Source: Psilocybe cubensis
Lineage: Eukaryota
Direction of reading: 5' to 3'
Length of the DNA: 64,000 nt
Assembly: GCA_017499595.2 (NCBI GenBank)
Contig: CM039010.1
Coordinates: forward strand, 434,001-498,000
This document shows positions 63,454-64,000 of this stretch, in pieces. The translations under genes were made by a program, and so were the position numbers. The notes below the pieces were generated by a model. That model worked only from the letters and a program-made list of their open reading frames with translations. It did no database searches and had not been told where the DNA came from. The stretch's first letter is position 1; each line of letters starts with the position of its first letter.

Positions 63454-64000
63454 TCAAATCCATTGGGTATGTCTACGTCTCGCCAACAACCATCTGGAAG
63501 TGAAGAAGCATATGGAACCCGAGAGGACAGCTACTCCAGAGTATATTGTCGGCCGCCACCAAATAAACGATGTTGACAGCAATGCGCCGGCAATAGGCGT
63601 GCCTAGACAATTGTTGATGTGTTTTGTTAACATTACCATTGCCTGCTAAAACAAAACCATAAATTAAATTGGGAAAAGAACATACCGACCAGTCCGCCAA
63701 ATCCTAAAAAAATTGACCAGTTAATATCAGATATGAAATGACTTGCAAAAATGAGAATGAGGATATAGTCAAATTTACCTGTGAATGTGAAGCATATGCC
63801 GAGGCGTGCCCCAATTTCCGAGTCGTTATCCGCAGTTGTCCCAATCATGGGAGCAAGTAGACTCACATCTAGAAAAGATATTCCGTAAGTCGTTTCTTCT
63901 CCTCAAGAGTTGATGGACACGAGATATTGGACAAACTTACAGGCTCCGGAGAAGAATCCATATAGGATGGCAAATGTTATCGTCCCAGCTGCCGTCTTGA
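63454..64000 (-). CDS. MFS monocarboxylate-transporter-like protein, 3' end only (runs off the window)
   Basis: FAILYGFFSGA/..SLLAPMIG....EIGARLGICF/..GGLV/GTPIAGALL...WWRP...*. Confidence 0.85.

Overview
Intron-rich fungal genomic DNA. Short GT-AG introns, a DUF6533-type gene and a Zn2Cys6 factor point to a basidiomycete, probably Agaricomycetes; the species cannot be determined from this window. Recognisable genes: TRS65-like, a zinc-dependent MDR dehydrogenase, an NT-C2 protein (frameshifted), a DHA1 MFS transporter, tRNA-Ser(TGA), hexokinase, mitochondrial uL14, a Zn2Cys6 transcription factor, eIF2-beta, ATP synthase gamma, HSP20, Nup57/Nup54, CAF-1 p60 (CAC2) and the 3' end of an MCT-type MFS gene. 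About 18.25-28.05 kb is a Helitron block: a non-autonomous element carrying a captured plasma-membrane H+-ATPase fragment is joined head-to-tail to a full-length but mutationally inactivated Rep/PIF1-helicase Helitron. The most interesting accessory content is (i) six intronless paralogs of an unrecognised four-TM protein family with an invariant N-terminal D-x-x-S-x-x-T-L-V motif and a hypervariable two-Cys loop, in two clusters about 40 kb apart; (ii) an intronless SLOG-fold-like gene directly downstream of one of them; (iii) two secreted histidine-phosphatase-fold paralogs that have lost the catalytic RHG motif and sit as an inverted pair around eIF2-beta/ATP3. Exon boundaries were read by eye and family assignments come from remembered motifs, not database searches.
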